Shown here one piece after another: positions 18,321 through 29,566 of a stretch of DNA of 64,000 nt. The stretch's first letter is position 1; every line of letters begins with the position of its first letter. The position numbers were made by a program, and so were the translations under genes. Below the pieces are notes generated by a model. The model saw nothing but the letters and a program-made list of their open reading frames with translations, was not told where the DNA came from and searched no databases. The DNA is from a bacterium (GTDB lineage Bacteria; UBA8248), in NCBI GenBank assembly GCA_963692865.2, contig OY843592.1:928001-992000 (forward strand), in the 5' to 3' direction.

Positions 18321-20357
18321 ATGGGGGAGGCGCCATTGAGCGGCTGGCGAATCGGCGTGGACGTCGGGGGCACCTTTACGGACGTGGCCCTCGTGGAGGA
18401 GGCGACGGGCCGGGTCGGCGTCTACAAGGTTCCCACGGCGGTCGGCGAGCCGGTTTCAGGCGTGCTGGAAGGCGTGCGGGAAGGACTCCGTGGCGAGGAT
18501 ATCGACCCCGCGGACGTCGTCTACTTCGGCGCGGGCTCCACGCTTGCGGTCAACACGATCATCCAGCGCACCGGAGAACCGACCGGGCTTCTGGTGACGC
18601 AGGGATTCCGCGACGTCCTGGAGATCCGCCGCACCCGGCTTCCCGATGCGCCCAGCTTCGAAGCGGCGAGACCCGTGCCGCTCGTCCGCCGCGCCCACGT
18701 CCGGGAGGTGAGGGAGCGCGTCGGCGCGGACGGCGCCGTCCTGCGCCCGCTGGATACGGACTCCGTGGCGCAAGGGGTCGAGGAACTCCTGGCTGCCGGC
18801 GTCAAGGCCCTGGCCGTCAGCTTTCTGCATTCCTACCTCAATCCGGCCCATGAGCAGGCGGCGCAGGCGGTCATCGCCGAGCGCCGGCCGGATCTGTTCG
18901 TCTGCGCGTCCTGGGAGACGTGGCCCCAGCAGCGCGAATACGAGCGGACGCTCGTCTGCGTGATGAACGCCTACGTCGGGGCCACCATGCGCTCCTACTA
19001 CCGGAGGCTCGAAGAAGGCCTGCGGTCGATGGGGATCGGCTGTCCGGTCCAGATCACACAGTCCAACGGCGGGACGGTCTCGGTCGACGAGGCGGCGCGG
19101 ATACCCGTGCGCACGATGTTCTCGGGGCCCGCCTCGGGGGTGATGGCGGCGGCCAGGTCCGCCCGGGAATCCGGCGAGGCGAAGTTCTTCACCCTGGATA
19201 TGGGAGGGACCAGCGCGGACATGTCCCTCATCGACGGCGCACCCCGCGTCAGCGTGGAGAGCACGATCGGGGATTTTCCGCTGTTTCTGCCCGCCGTCGC
19301 CATCGAGACCATCGGCGCGGGGGGCGGATCGATCGCCTGGGTCGACCCGCACGGTGTTCTGAAAGTCGGGCCGCGCTCGGCGGGGGCCGATCCGGGGCCT
19401 GCGTGCTACGACCGGGGCGGCCGGGAGCCGACCGTTACGGACGCCTACCTCGTAACGGGGGTGCTGGGCGAGAACGACCTGCTGGGCGGCCGGATGACGC
19501 TTTCGCGCGCCCGGGCGGAAGACGCCGTAGGCGGGCTGGCCGAAGCCCTGGGGGTGGAGACGATCCGGGCGGCCGAAGCCGTCCTGCGGGTCGCGACGGC
19601 GAACATGGTCGCCTCGTTTCTGCCGATGATCGCGCGCTACGGGGTCGACCACCGCGAATTCAGCCTCCAGGCCTACGGGGGCGCCGGACCCACGCACGCC
19701 TTCATGCTGGCGGCCGAGGCGGGCATCCGGAGACTCGTCATCCCCCACTCGCCGGGAGCGATGTGCGCGGTGGGAGCGGCCATGGCGGACGTCCAGATGG
19801 ATTTCGTGCGCAGCGTCCGGGCCGGATTGTCGGATGAGAAGGGGATGGAGGAGATGTTCTCGGAGATGGAGGAAACCGCCCGGAGGTGGCTCGCCGAGCA
19901 GGGGCTGGAACCCGCTGCGGCGGCGTTCGAGCGGAGCGCGGATATGCGCTACGAGGGGCAATCGTTCGAGATCATGGTCGGACTTGACCGGAACGGGGAC
20001 GCTCAGAAGGCCTTCCGGCGGAGATATGAAGAGACCTTCGGGTACCTCGACCCCGACTCCGCGATCGAGGTGCTCCAGATCCGGATGCTCGCGAGGGCGC
20101 CGAACCGGATGGCCGGCGCCGCCTCTTCCCCCCGGCCCGGCGAATCGGACGCGCCCGAACCCGTGGAGACGCGCGAGGTGACGCATCGGGGGAGGCGGCT
20201 CGCCGTTCCCGTCTACCGCAGGGCGCAAATCCCCACAGGTCTCAGGCTCTCGGGGCCCGCCGTGCTTCTTCAGTACGACACGACCGTTTTCGTCACGCCC
20301 GGGTTCGACTTCAGCGTCGATGAGTCGGGGAATCTTCACGCGGAGGCGGCCGGATGA
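18321..20357 (+). CDS. Hydantoinase A / oxoprolinase subunit
   Basis: GVDVGGTFTD, SGPASG, DMGGTS, IGAGGGS, GPRSAGADPGPACY, PTVTDA. Confidence 0.93.
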   Translation: MGEAPLSGWRIGVDVGGTFTDVALVEEATGRVGVYKVPTAVGEPVSGVLEGVREGLRGEDIDPADVVYFGAGSTLAVNTIIQRTGEPTGLLVTQGFRDVLEIRRTRLPDAPSFEAARPVPLVRRAHVREVRERVGADGAVLRPLDTDSVAQGVEELLAAGVKALAVSFLHSYLNPAHEQAAQAVIAERRPDLFVCASWETWPQQREYERTLVCVMNAYVGATMRSYYRRLEEGLRSMGIGCPVQITQSNGGTVSVDEAARIPVRTMFSGPASGVMAAARSARESGEAKFFTLDMGGTSADMSLIDGAPRVSVESTIGDFPLFLPAVAIETIGAGGGSIAWVDPHGVLKVGPRSAGADPGPACYDRGGREPTVTDAYLVTGVLGENDLLGGRMTLSRARAEDAVGGLAEALGVETIRAAEAVLRVATANMVASFLPMIARYGVDHREFSLQAYGGAGPTHAFMLAAEAGIRRLVIPHSPGAMCAVGAAMADVQMDFVRSVRAGLSDEKGMEEMFSEMEETARRWLAEQGLEPAAAAFERSADMRYEGQSFEIMVGLDRNGDAQKAFRRRYEETFGYLDPDSAIEVLQIRMLARAPNRMAGAASSPRPGESDAPEPVETREVTHRGRRLAVPVYRRAQIPTGLRLSGPAVLLQYDTTVFVTPGFDFSVDESGNLHAEAAG

Positions 20358-22384
20358 GCGAAACCTTTACGCCCAGGTCCGACCCCGTCCTCTTCGAAAT
20401 ACTCCGGTGCCAGTTTCAGGGGGTCGTGGAGGAGATGGGCGAGCTGCTGACCCACTGCGGGCATACCGTCTTCGTCAAGGAAACCCAGGATTTCATCGTC
20501 GCCCTGGTGACGCCCCGGGGAGAGGTGGCGGCCTGCTCCGTGGACATCGGGCTCTGGATAGGGGTCGGCCAGAACTTTCAGGCCGTATTCGACGCCGGCG
20601 GGCCCTACCGGCCCGGCGACGTCTGGTTCACCAACGACCCCGAGCAGAGCAGGGGCCTGGTGACCCACCTGCTCGACGTCTTCTGCTGGCGTCCCATCTA
20701 CCACGAGAATGAGCTCGTCTGCTTCGCGGCCGCCTTCATCCATTGCACGGATGTGGGCGGGCTCGCGCCCGGGTCCATCGCGCCTTCCGCCGTCGACCAG
20801 CATCAGGAAGGCGTGGTCATTCCGGTGACCCGGCTCGTCGCCGAAGGCGAAATGCGGGAAGACATATTGCGGATCTTCCTGAGGAACTGCCGCGCTCCGG
20901 ACAAGAACCGGGGCGACGTGCTGGCGATGCTCGGAGCGCTCAAGCGCGCGGAATTGCGCGTGACCGGCCTCGCCGGGAAGTTCGGCGGAGACGTCCTGAG
21001 GACGGCGCTCGACGACGTTCTGGATTACGCCGAAGCCCAGGCCCGATCCCTGATACGGGAGGTTCCCGACGGAGACTACGAGTTCTGGGACTACCTGGAA
21101 GGGGATCTGATGCCGGAGGGCCGTCACGTCCGGATCCGCCTCGCCTTGCGGATCCGGGGGGATGAGATGCTCCTCGACTTCGAGGGCACGGACCCCCAGG
21201 TGGCGGCGGCGTTCAACCTCCCCTCCTACGGCGCGGACGGCCACTACCTCCTGGTGATGGGCGTGGTCAACTTCATGCGGAGCGTCAACCCGCACACGGT
21301 GTACAACTCCGGGCTGGTTCGCTCCGTTAAGGTGAACGCGCCGAGGGGGTCCCTCCTCAATCCCGAGCCCGGAGCGCCCATCGGCGCCAGGCAGGCCACG
21401 TTCTTCCGGGTGGCCGATATCGTCCTCGGCGCCCTGGCGCATGCCTGGAGGGAGCGGATGCCCGCCGCAGGCTGCGGCCAGGGCTCCATCATGGTGATGG
21501 CCGCGCCGGACTTCTCCACCGGGACGAACCTGGTGAGCACCGTCCAGCCGCTCGTGGGCGGGTCGGGGGCGCGGCCCTTCGACGACGGCACGGAGGGAGT
21601 CGATTTCACCACGGGCTTCTACCGGAACATCCCCAACGAGGTGCTGGAATCGGAGATGCCCGTCCTGGTCGAGCGCTACGCGCTCATCCCCGATTCCGGG
21701 GGAGCGGGCCGCACCCGCGGCGGGTGCGGCCTGCACTATTCCCTCAGGCTCCTCGTGCCCGGCGGGGTGGTGACGGCCCGGGGGATGGAGCGGTTTCATT
21801 TCCAGCCCTGGGGAAGGGAAGCCGGCCTGCCGGGCGAAGTCGGCCGCGCGTTCCTGCAGGCCCCGGGCGAGGAGCCGCGAGAGATAGAGAAGATAAACGT
21901 GCTCGATGTTCCGGCGGGCGGCGTCGTGCACGCCCACTCGGCCGGCGGCGGCGGTTTCGGCCCGCCCCGGGAGCGCGATCCCGCATTGGTGCTGCGCGAC
22001 GTCGAGGACGGGCTGGTCACGCCTGAGAGCGCCGGGGAGGTCTACGGCGTGGTTATCCGCGGCGGCCGAGTCCTGGAAGAGGAAACCGCCGTGCGTCGGC
22101 GAGCGCTCGGCGTCGAGAATGACGGCGGCTCGCCCCCGGCTCCGTTTGCGTTCGGTGCGAATCGCGAGGCGTTCGAGCGGATTTGGCCGGATGAGTTGCA
22201 ACTGGCCGTCAACCGGGCGACGGAGGGCATCCCCGCCGCCATCCGGCAGCACGTACGCTTCGAGGCGATGAGAGCCGTGGAGGAGGCTCGATCGGGAGCG
22301 GAGCCGATCGATGAATCCTGGCTCGAGGCCAGGGTGCGCGAGATCACCGAACGCATGAGTCCGAAGTCGACGCATTCCGCTTGA
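20354..22384 (+). CDS. Hydantoinase B / oxoprolinase subunit
   Basis: NDP...H..D, HCTDVGG, DSGGAG..RGG, AGGGGFGPP; ATGA overlap with subunit A. Confidence 0.93.
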   Translation: MSETFTPRSDPVLFEILRCQFQGVVEEMGELLTHCGHTVFVKETQDFIVALVTPRGEVAACSVDIGLWIGVGQNFQAVFDAGGPYRPGDVWFTNDPEQSRGLVTHLLDVFCWRPIYHENELVCFAAAFIHCTDVGGLAPGSIAPSAVDQHQEGVVIPVTRLVAEGEMREDILRIFLRNCRAPDKNRGDVLAMLGALKRAELRVTGLAGKFGGDVLRTALDDVLDYAEAQARSLIREVPDGDYEFWDYLEGDLMPEGRHVRIRLALRIRGDEMLLDFEGTDPQVAAAFNLPSYGADGHYLLVMGVVNFMRSVNPHTVYNSGLVRSVKVNAPRGSLLNPEPGAPIGARQATFFRVADIVLGALAHAWRERMPAAGCGQGSIMVMAAPDFSTGTNLVSTVQPLVGGSGARPFDDGTEGVDFTTGFYRNIPNEVLESEMPVLVERYALIPDSGGAGRTRGGCGLHYSLRLLVPGGVVTARGMERFHFQPWGREAGLPGEVGRAFLQAPGEEPREIEKINVLDVPAGGVVHAHSAGGGGFGPPRERDPALVLRDVEDGLVTPESAGEVYGVVIRGGRVLEEETAVRRRALGVENDGGSPPAPFAFGANREAFERIWPDELQLAVNRATEGIPAAIRQHVRFEAMRAVEEARSGAEPIDESWLEARVREITERMSPKSTHSA

Positions 22385-22411
22385 GGCGGTACCCATACAC
22401 CCCAAAACATC

Positions 22412-22441
22412 TTGACACTTACCTCCCCCGCACATCATATT
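22412..22441 (+). promoter_or_regulatory. Putative sigma70 promoter for uvrA
   Basis: TTGACA-N18-CATATT upstream of uvrA. Confidence 0.45.
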
Positions 22442-22495
22442 GAGGGGTTATCGTTCGCTCATCGCCCGAATCACCCTTAGAGCCGTCACGAGGAA

Positions 22496-25390
22496 ATGAG
22501 TACCCAAAGCGCAGCTTCCCCCGCCGTCTCCCTGATGGAGGACATCCGCATCGAGGGCGCGCGGGAACACAATCTCAAGGACATCTCCCTCAAGCTCCCG
22601 AGGGAGCACTTCATCGTCGTCACCGGGCCGAGCGGTTCGGGCAAGTCCTCCCTCGCGTTCGACACCATCTACGCCGAGGGCCACCGCCGGTACGTGGAGA
22701 GCCTCTCCACCTATGCGCGGCAGTTCCTGGAGCGCGTGGACAAGCCCGACGTGGACTACATCGAGGGCATCAGCCCCGCCATCGCCATCGAGCAGTACAA
22801 CCCGGTGAACCATTCGCGCTCCACGGTGGGCACGGCGTCGGAGATTTACGACTACCTCAGGCTGCTCTTCGCCAAGGCCGGGAAGATTCATTGCCCCGAT
22901 TGCGGGAGCGAGGTCACGCCCGCCACGGTCGACGGCACGGTGGCGCTCCTGTTGAACGCCTACGAGGACGCGAGAGGGTTCATACTTTTCCCGATGGGTG
23001 AGCTCGAAGCGGAGGATTTGCCGGGAGAACTCGAATCCCTCATGGGGCAGGGCTACGTCCGCGTGATGTTGGACGATGAAATCGTGAGCATCGGCCCCCC
23101 GCTTTTCGAGAGATTGAAAAAAGAAGCCGAACCGCCGCCCGAAGCGAAGAAGCGGGGCCGTCTTCGCAAAAAAGAGCCTCGAGATGAAAGCCCCGCCGTG
23201 CGGAACCATCATGCCGTTCGGGTCGTGGTGGATCGCCTGAAGCTCTCGCCCAGAAACCGCGCGCGCCTGGGCGAATCGCTGGAGACGGCGTTCCGCGAAG
23301 GCGGCGGCGTCGCCGAAGTGCAGCTCGTGGACGGTCCGAGGCTGCGCTTCAGCCAGAAGCTCGAGTGCTGCGGCCATACGTTCGAAGAACCCGTCCCGCA
23401 CACGTTCAGCTTCAACAATCCCAACGGGGCCTGTCAGGAGTGCGGGGGGTTCGGCAACACGCTCAGTTTCGATGAGGCGCTCATCATCCCCGAGCCCAGG
23501 AAGACGCTCGCCCAGGGGGCGGTGGAGCCCTGGGCGCGGCCGCGCTACCGCCGCTATTTCGGCGAACAGCTCCAGGATGCCGCAAAGTCAGAGGGCCTCG
23601 ACATCCACACCCCCTGGGAGAAGATGCCCGAAGACCAGAAGAAAATGGTTTTCGAGGGATCGGGCAGCTTTTTGGGCGTGTACCGGTTCTTCGAGAGGCT
23701 AAAGCGAAGGAAATACAAGGTCTGGGTGCGCGTGATGATCAGGCGCTACCAGAGTCTTCAGAAATGCGCCTCCTGCGGCGGCACGCGCCTGCGTCCCGAG
23801 GCGCTCTGGATCAAGCTGGGCGATCGCACCATCGCCGATATATGCGCCATGCCGGTGAGCGATCTGAGGGAATACTTCGAGGCGCCGCCGCTCACGCCCG
23901 AACAATACACGCGCGCGGGCGACGTCTTGAAGCAGGTGCGCGAGCGCCTCGATTTCCTGCACAAGGTGGGCCTGGAATACCTGACGCTGGACAGGGAGAC
24001 CAGGACCCTGAGCGGGGGCGAGCACCAGCGGATCAACCTGGCGAACCAGTTGGGCGCGCACCTGACGGGCACACTCTACATTCTGGACGAGCCGACCATC
24101 GGGCTGCATCCCAGGGACAACGCGCGCCTCGTGAGCATCCTGAAGGACCTGGTCGATCGGGGGAACACGCTGCTCGTGGTGGAGCACGACCGCGACGTCA
24201 TCGACGAGGCGGACCACGTGGTGGACCTGGGCCCCGGCGCGGGCGAGCGCGGGGGCGAGGTGGTTTTCTCAGGACCCCGGGAAGAGCTCGACTGGTGCGA
24301 GGGGTCGGCGACGGCGAAGTTCCTGAGCGGCGAGCGCGAGATCAACCCCAGGAAGATCAAAAGAGGAGAGAACGGCAGCTTCTCCTGTCTTTCCCTGTTC
24401 GGGGCGCAGGAGAACAATCTGAAAAAGGTGAATCTCCACGTTCCCCTGGGCCGCCTGGTGGCGATAACGGGCGTTTCCGGCTCGGGCAAGAGCACGCTGG
24501 TGCACGACACGCTCTACCCGGCCTTGGCGCGGATTCTCCACGACGGCAAAGGCGCCATCGGCCGCTTCGAGCGGATAGAGGGATTCGATGAGCTTGATTC
24601 CGTGGTGCTGCTCGACCAGAGCCCCATCGGCAAAAGCCCCCGGAGCAACCCCATCACCTACCTCAAGGCCTACGACGCGATCCGGCGCCTGTTCGCCGAA
24701 ACGCCGCTGGCGCGCAACATGGGCTACGGCCCCGGGCATTTTTCCTTCAACACGGCCGGGGGGCGGTGCGAGTCCTGCACCGGAAGCGGCATCCAGAAGA
24801 TAGAGATGCACTTCATGGCCGATATCTTCATCCGCTGTCCCGATTGCGAGGGCAGGCGCTTCAAGCCCCAGGCCATGGAAATCCAGTACAAGGGCAGGAA
24901 CATCCACGACGTGCTGAACCTGACGGTGGATGAGGCCAGCCTGTTTTTCGATCACGTGCCCTCGGTGCTGAACAAGCTCTTGATCCTGAGAGACGTAGGC
25001 CTCAATTACCTCCGGATCGGCCAGCCCGTGAACACGCTCTCGGGCGGCGAGGCGCAGCGTCTCAAGATCGCGGGTCAGTTGGCCGCCAAGCCGCCCCGCG
25101 GCGTGATGTACCTGATGGACGAACCCACGACGGGCCTCCATTTTCAGGACGTCGAGCGGTTGCTGAACGTGCTCACGCGCCTCGTGGGGCTGGGGAACAC
25201 GGTGGTCGTCGTCGAGCATAATATGGACGTCATCCGCAACGCGGAGTGGGTCATCGACTTAGGGCCCGAAGGAGGGGAGGGGGGAGGCCGCATCGTCGCC
25301 GAGGGGACGCCCGAGGAGGTGGCGCAGAACCCCCGCTCGCATACGGGCGGGTTCTTGAAGAAGTATTTCGAACAAGCGGTGGCGGGCTGA
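22496..25390 (+). CDS. uvrA: Excinuclease ABC subunit A
   Basis: GAREHNLK, two Walker A motifs (GSGKSS/GSGKST), CxxC zinc fingers, FSFN, two LSGGE signatures. Confidence 0.95.
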   Translation: MSTQSAASPAVSLMEDIRIEGAREHNLKDISLKLPREHFIVVTGPSGSGKSSLAFDTIYAEGHRRYVESLSTYARQFLERVDKPDVDYIEGISPAIAIEQYNPVNHSRSTVGTASEIYDYLRLLFAKAGKIHCPDCGSEVTPATVDGTVALLLNAYEDARGFILFPMGELEAEDLPGELESLMGQGYVRVMLDDEIVSIGPPLFERLKKEAEPPPEAKKRGRLRKKEPRDESPAVRNHHAVRVVVDRLKLSPRNRARLGESLETAFREGGGVAEVQLVDGPRLRFSQKLECCGHTFEEPVPHTFSFNNPNGACQECGGFGNTLSFDEALIIPEPRKTLAQGAVEPWARPRYRRYFGEQLQDAAKSEGLDIHTPWEKMPEDQKKMVFEGSGSFLGVYRFFERLKRRKYKVWVRVMIRRYQSLQKCASCGGTRLRPEALWIKLGDRTIADICAMPVSDLREYFEAPPLTPEQYTRAGDVLKQVRERLDFLHKVGLEYLTLDRETRTLSGGEHQRINLANQLGAHLTGTLYILDEPTIGLHPRDNARLVSILKDLVDRGNTLLVVEHDRDVIDEADHVVDLGPGAGERGGEVVFSGPREELDWCEGSATAKFLSGEREINPRKIKRGENGSFSCLSLFGAQENNLKKVNLHVPLGRLVAITGVSGSGKSTLVHDTLYPALARILHDGKGAIGRFERIEGFDELDSVVLLDQSPIGKSPRSNPITYLKAYDAIRRLFAETPLARNMGYGPGHFSFNTAGGRCESCTGSGIQKIEMHFMADIFIRCPDCEGRRFKPQAMEIQYKGRNIHDVLNLTVDEASLFFDHVPSVLNKLLILRDVGLNYLRIGQPVNTLSGGEAQRLKIAGQLAAKPPRGVMYLMDEPTTGLHFQDVERLLNVLTRLVGLGNTVVVVEHNMDVIRNAEWVIDLGPEGGEGGGRIVAEGTPEEVAQNPRSHTGGFLKKYFEQAVAG

Positions 25391-26574
25391 TCATCTTAAG
25401 ACGCCTCCTCACGCTTCGGCGCCTTGCGCTGGCCGCTTCGTTACTCCTGGGCCTGTTGTTCGTCGCATCGCGTTTTTCGCCGGGGCTGCGACACCCGGTG
25501 GATTCCCTCCTGATGGCCCAGGGACTCATCGACGCGCGTAGCGGGGGCTGGCTTTCGCTTCTCACGAAGAAGCCGCTAAGAGCCGAAATTTCATTCAACG
25601 GTGTTTTTGCGGATTCCTATTCGCCGGGCGATTCCGTCGGCTGGGGCGATGCGCCCGCGCGCGGCTGCGTCGTCCTGGTTCACGGCATGACGACGATGGG
25701 CAAGGCGGATCATCGTCTCGTGGCGTTCGCGGAGTCGCTCGCGAGGCTGGGTTTTGCGGCGCTCGTACCCGATTTGCCGGGCATGAAGCGGTTTCGCCCC
25801 GAAGAGGCGGACGTCCTGCGCATCGAAAGGGCATTCTCGTGGATGACGCGGGGCGGCGCGGGTTCTTGTGAGAGATGCAGCATTCTGGCGTTTTCCTTCG
25901 CCGCCGGCCCGGCCCTTCGCGCGGCGGCGAGTCCGGCGGTGGGCGGGAAGTTGGTCGCCTTCATCGGCGTGGGCGCCTATTACGATCTCAAGAACGTGCT
26001 GAAACACCTCACCACGAGCAGCGGGCAGAACCGGCCCGCCTTCCCCGGCGGGCTGCCCATCCGCCACGGGAAATGGCTCTTCCTGCGCTACAACACGGAA
26101 CTCCTGGGTTTGGACGCCCATCGGGAGCGCATCGAGGCCATCGTGTCGAGAAAGCGAAAAGACGAAGCGGCGGATATCGGCGATTTGCTCGCGGGCTTGC
26201 CGGAGGATGCGCGGGCCATTATCGCCTTGATGGAGAACAAATCCCCCGAGCGCTTCGAGGCGCTTTACGCGCGGCAAGGGGCCGCACGGCGCGAGCGCCT
26301 GCGGGCATGGGGGATGCGCGATGTCATTCCCGGGGTCGGGGGGAAGAAATTTTTTCTGCACGGGCGTGAGGACCCCTTCGTTCCCCCGTCCGAGAGCATC
26401 CTGCTGGCGAATCGCGCGCGGGAGACCTCGGGCGATGCGGCATCGGCCTTCGTCTTCGGTGGATTTCGCCACGTGGGAATCGAGGCGGACCTCTTTTCTC
26501 TTGCGCAGATTCTGGAAGGCGCGCGCTTTTTGGGATTCATATCCGCCGTCTTGAGCGCGATGGAGGTGAGATGA
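25387..26574 (+). CDS. Membrane-anchored alpha/beta-hydrolase-fold protein (start uncertain)
   Basis: VLVHG, AFSFA nucleophile elbow, HGREDPFV, FRHV; N-terminal hydrophobic helix; in-frame CTG overlaps the uvrA stop. Confidence 0.65.
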   Translation: MIILRRLLTLRRLALAASLLLGLLFVASRFSPGLRHPVDSLLMAQGLIDARSGGWLSLLTKKPLRAEISFNGVFADSYSPGDSVGWGDAPARGCVVLVHGMTTMGKADHRLVAFAESLARLGFAALVPDLPGMKRFRPEEADVLRIERAFSWMTRGGAGSCERCSILAFSFAAGPALRAAASPAVGGKLVAFIGVGAYYDLKNVLKHLTTSSGQNRPAFPGGLPIRHGKWLFLRYNTELLGLDAHRERIEAIVSRKRKDEAADIGDLLAGLPEDARAIIALMENKSPERFEALYARQGAARRERLRAWGMRDVIPGVGGKKFFLHGREDPFVPPSESILLANRARETSGDAASAFVFGGFRHVGIEADLFSLAQILEGARFLGFISAVLSAMEVR

Positions 26575-26667
26575 GGAGTTGCGCTCGCCCTCGCTCCGCA
26601 TGGCGCGGCGGGGGAGCGATGTAGTAGGCTACGGGCGGATTTTTCCTTATGCCAAGAGGGCGTCGTC

Positions 26668-27126
26668 ATGATCGAGCGAAGCGCCATCACACGGACGGCG
26701 AACGCGCAATGGATGGGGGATATGCGCGCGCGGATTCAGGCGCGCGATTGCCCGGAGTTCGCAAGCGATGAGCCCGTGGAGCGCGGCGGCCTGTTCGAGC
26801 ATCCCACCCCCGCCGAATACATGCTCGGCGCGCTGACGGGCTGCGGCGCCGCGCACGTGGAGTTGTTCGCAAAAGAAGTCGGCATGCCGCTCGATGACTG
26901 CGCCATCGAGGGGCGGCTCACGATGGAGCGCTTCGCGCCCGGCGACCCGCACGCGGAGAACGGGGGCGTCACCGGCGTGGAGCTTGAGATAGAGGTGACT
27001 TCGGCGGGCTCCGCGGAGCAGCTCGAGGAGGTGAAGGAGAAGTTTCGCGCGGGGTGCATCCTCTATCTGTTCATGAGCGCGGCGACGTGCGTGAACGACA
27101 ACTGGACGCTGAAACGGCCCGAGTAG
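26668..27126 (+). CDS. OsmC/Ohr-family protein
   Basis: SDEP..GG....PTPAEYMLGALTGC and a second Cys in 'AGCIL'. Confidence 0.85.
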   Translation: MIERSAITRTANAQWMGDMRARIQARDCPEFASDEPVERGGLFEHPTPAEYMLGALTGCGAAHVELFAKEVGMPLDDCAIEGRLTMERFAPGDPHAENGGVTGVELEIEVTSAGSAEQLEEVKEKFRAGCILYLFMSAATCVNDNWTLKRPE

Positions 27127-27137
27127 CGGCCGTTCGG

Positions 27138-27400
27138 GGCTGTTGAAAAAGCCCACAAAAGGAGCGCACCGAATTTCACTCCCCCCTTGAGGGGGAGTCA
27201 ACGAGGCAAGGGCGAAGCCCGCAGGCGAGTTGGTGGGGGGACATGCCACAGAAAAGGCTCCCCTCACCGAATCGGCCTTCGCACAAACCGCTCGGCCTCT
27301 TCGTCTGGCTTTCCCCTCGGGAAGCCAGACCCTCAAGGGGGGAGTGAAATCAAAAGCGTGTGCGCAACTCAAAATTACTTCCCGGGGGTTTTCAACAGGC
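27138..27400. mobile_element. 263-bp MITE with TIR and 8-9 bp TSD CCGTTCGG(G)
   Basis: GGCTGTTGAAAA...TTTTCAACAGGC; CCGTTCGG at 27130-27137 and 27401-27408; internal IR ATTTCACTCCCCCCTTGAGGG...CCCTCAAGGGGGGAGTGAAAT. Confidence 0.85.
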
Positions 27401-27437
27401 CCGTTCGGGAAATCTTTACGAACACCAGAAAGCGGTC

Positions 27438-28352
27438 ATGAACCTATCTACCCATGTCGTGGGCCTGCTGTTCGCAGCCTCGGCGCTCCTGAGCTGGACG
27501 AGCCTCTCCTTTTTCGTGCGCCTGGCGATGAAGAACGCGCCGCTCCTGAGGACGACGGCGGCCATGTCGACCATAAACGGCGCGCTCGTCTCCGCGCTGG
27601 TCTTCTTCGCACTTCCGGCTTCGGCTTTTCAGCCCGGATCGACGAGAACCTGGGTGCTGCTGCCGATCACCGCTTTTTTCATGATCACCATCTCGCGGCT
27701 CACCTACTATTACGCCATCCGGCGCATCGGGCCGAGCCGCACCATTCCCATCGCGGCGAGCACGCCCGCCGTCACCGCGCTTCTGGCGACCATCTTCCTG
27801 GGCGAGCCGTTCACGATTCTCATCATCCTGGGGCTTCTGTGCCTCATCGTGGGTCTCAACATGGTGGTGCGATCGGCGCCCGCGCAGCCGAACCTCGAGA
27901 TGGGCCACACGCGAAAGGACGTCGTGAAGGGCTACGTCTCGGCGGGCCTGACCACGCTGAACTGGAGCGTCTCGGGCGTCATGGTGCGGACCATCACGCT
28001 CGACATGAACGCGCTGGCCGCATCGGCGCTGCTCATCTGGATAGGGCTCGGTTTCGCCTGGGTGCTGGCGGTGGGTTTCGCTCACAGGGAGACGGCGGAG
28101 AAAATCCCCCGGGCGAGCTGGAAGTGGATGCTCATGGCCGCCGTCTGCCAGACGATAGCTGTGCCCTCGTTCAGCAACGCCATGGCGCGCACCTACGCGG
28201 TGGGCGTTACCTCCATCACGTCGGTCCAGCCCCTCCTGGTGATCCTGGGGTCGCACCTGTTCCTGAGGGAGAGCGAGAACATCACGGGCAAACTCGTCCT
28301 GGGCGCGGTGATGACGGTGCTGGGGACGGTCCTGATCTTGCTCCGCCTCTAG
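27438..28352 (+). CDS. DMT/EamA-family transporter
   Basis: About 10 hydrophobic helices in two repeats ending 'IFLGE' and 'LFLRE'. Confidence 0.9.
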   Translation: MNLSTHVVGLLFAASALLSWTSLSFFVRLAMKNAPLLRTTAAMSTINGALVSALVFFALPASAFQPGSTRTWVLLPITAFFMITISRLTYYYAIRRIGPSRTIPIAASTPAVTALLATIFLGEPFTILIILGLLCLIVGLNMVVRSAPAQPNLEMGHTRKDVVKGYVSAGLTTLNWSVSGVMVRTITLDMNALAASALLIWIGLGFAWVLAVGFAHRETAEKIPRASWKWMLMAAVCQTIAVPSFSNAMARTYAVGVTSITSVQPLLVILGSHLFLRESENITGKLVLGAVMTVLGTVLILLRL

Positions 28353-29566
28353 GGCTTCCTGATGCGCTCCACGCTCTTTCGCGAGAAGACGGCCTCGTGC
28401 CCGAAACGCTCGCGGATCTCATCGAGGCTCTCCACGAGGCGTTCCTCCTTCTCGCGGTCCCGATCCTCGAACAGCAGCGGCTGCGCGCGGGCCGCATCCA
28501 GCCCCGAGAGGTAGACCCCCAGCAGGCGGAATTTGCGGTTCCTGCCCTCTTTTGCGCAGGCGCGCCTGAGAAGATCGAGCGCGGGTTCGATGATCTCCTT
28601 ATCGAGGCAGGTGGGCTTTTCCAGCGTGAACGAGCGCGTGAGCGTCGTGAAATCCGAAAACCGGAGCTTGAGGGTGATGTGCCTCGCGCTTAGACCCCGG
28701 CGGCGCACGCGCGCGCTCGCCTCCTCGGCCAGACCCGTGAGTACGGCTTCGAGCTTCGCGCTATCGGCGGTGTCTTCGGCGAAGGTGGTCTCCTTGCCGA
28801 TGCTCTTGGGCCGGCTTTCGAGTTCGAGCTCGGAATCATCCAGCCCCCGCGCCTTGCGGTAGAGATCGGGCCCCAGGTTCTTGAACTGCGCCTCCAGGAA
28901 GGGCAGCGATTGCGCGGCGAGGTCGCCGATAGTCGAGACGCCCAGGCGGTTCAGTTTCTCGACCATCACCCTGCCCACGCCGGGGATCTTGCTCACCTTG
29001 AGGGGACGCAGAAAGGCCGCCTCACCGCCGGAGTAGACGCGCAGGATGCCTGCGGGTTTCGAGAGGCCGGACGCGATTTTCGACACCAGGCGGCTCGACG
29101 CCAGCCCGATGGAGGCCGAGCAGTTCGTCTCGCGCAGAACCGCTTCCCGGATTCTCGCGGCCGTCCGGAGCGGGGGGCCGTGGAGGCGTTCGGTGCCGCT
29201 CAGATCGAGATACGCCTCGTCCACGGAGACGGCCTGCACCGCGGGCGTGAAGTCCCCGAGCACCCGCATCACCCGCCCGGAGGCCCCGCCGTATTTCTTG
29301 TGGTTCGCCTGGATGTAGACGGCGTGGGGGCAGAGCTCGCGGGCGCGCGCCATGGGCATGGCCGAGTGGACGCCGAACGCGCGCGCCTCGTAAGAAGCGG
29401 CGGATACCACCCCGCGCTTGCCCACGCTGCCGCCGACGATGACCGGCTGGTTTTCGAGATCGGGCCTGTCCATGCGCTCCACGGACACGAAAAAGGCGTC
29501 CATGTCCACGTGCGCGATGAGCCTGCCCTCGCGCGGCGATTCCGGCTCTTCCGGGCGTCCCGTCAT
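28349..29566 (-). CDS. dinB: DNA polymerase IV
   Basis: HVDMDAFF, ASYEAR, SVDEAYLD, KIAS..SKP, KSIGKE, RLLGV. Confidence 0.95.
   Translation of the reverse strand: MTGRPEEPESPREGRLIAHVDMDAFFVSVERMDRPDLENQPVIVGGSVGKRGVVSAASYEARAFGVHSAMPMARARELCPHAVYIQANHKKYGGASGRVMRVLGDFTPAVQAVSVDEAYLDLSGTERLHGPPLRTAARIREAVLRETNCSASIGLASSRLVSKIASGLSKPAGILRVYSGGEAAFLRPLKVSKIPGVGRVMVEKLNRLGVSTIGDLAAQSLPFLEAQFKNLGPDLYRKARGLDDSELELESRPKSIGKETTFAEDTADSAKLEAVLTGLAEEASARVRRRGLSARHITLKLRFSDFTTLTRSFTLEKPTCLDKEIIEPALDLLRRACAKEGRNRKFRLLGVYLSGLDAARAQPLLFEDRDREKEERLVESLDEIRERFGHEAVFSRKSVERIRKP

Noticed and set aside
22393-22423. IS256 right-end-like string CCATACACC...TTGACACTTACC
   Set aside because: No partner end or transposase; better explained as the uvrA -35 region.
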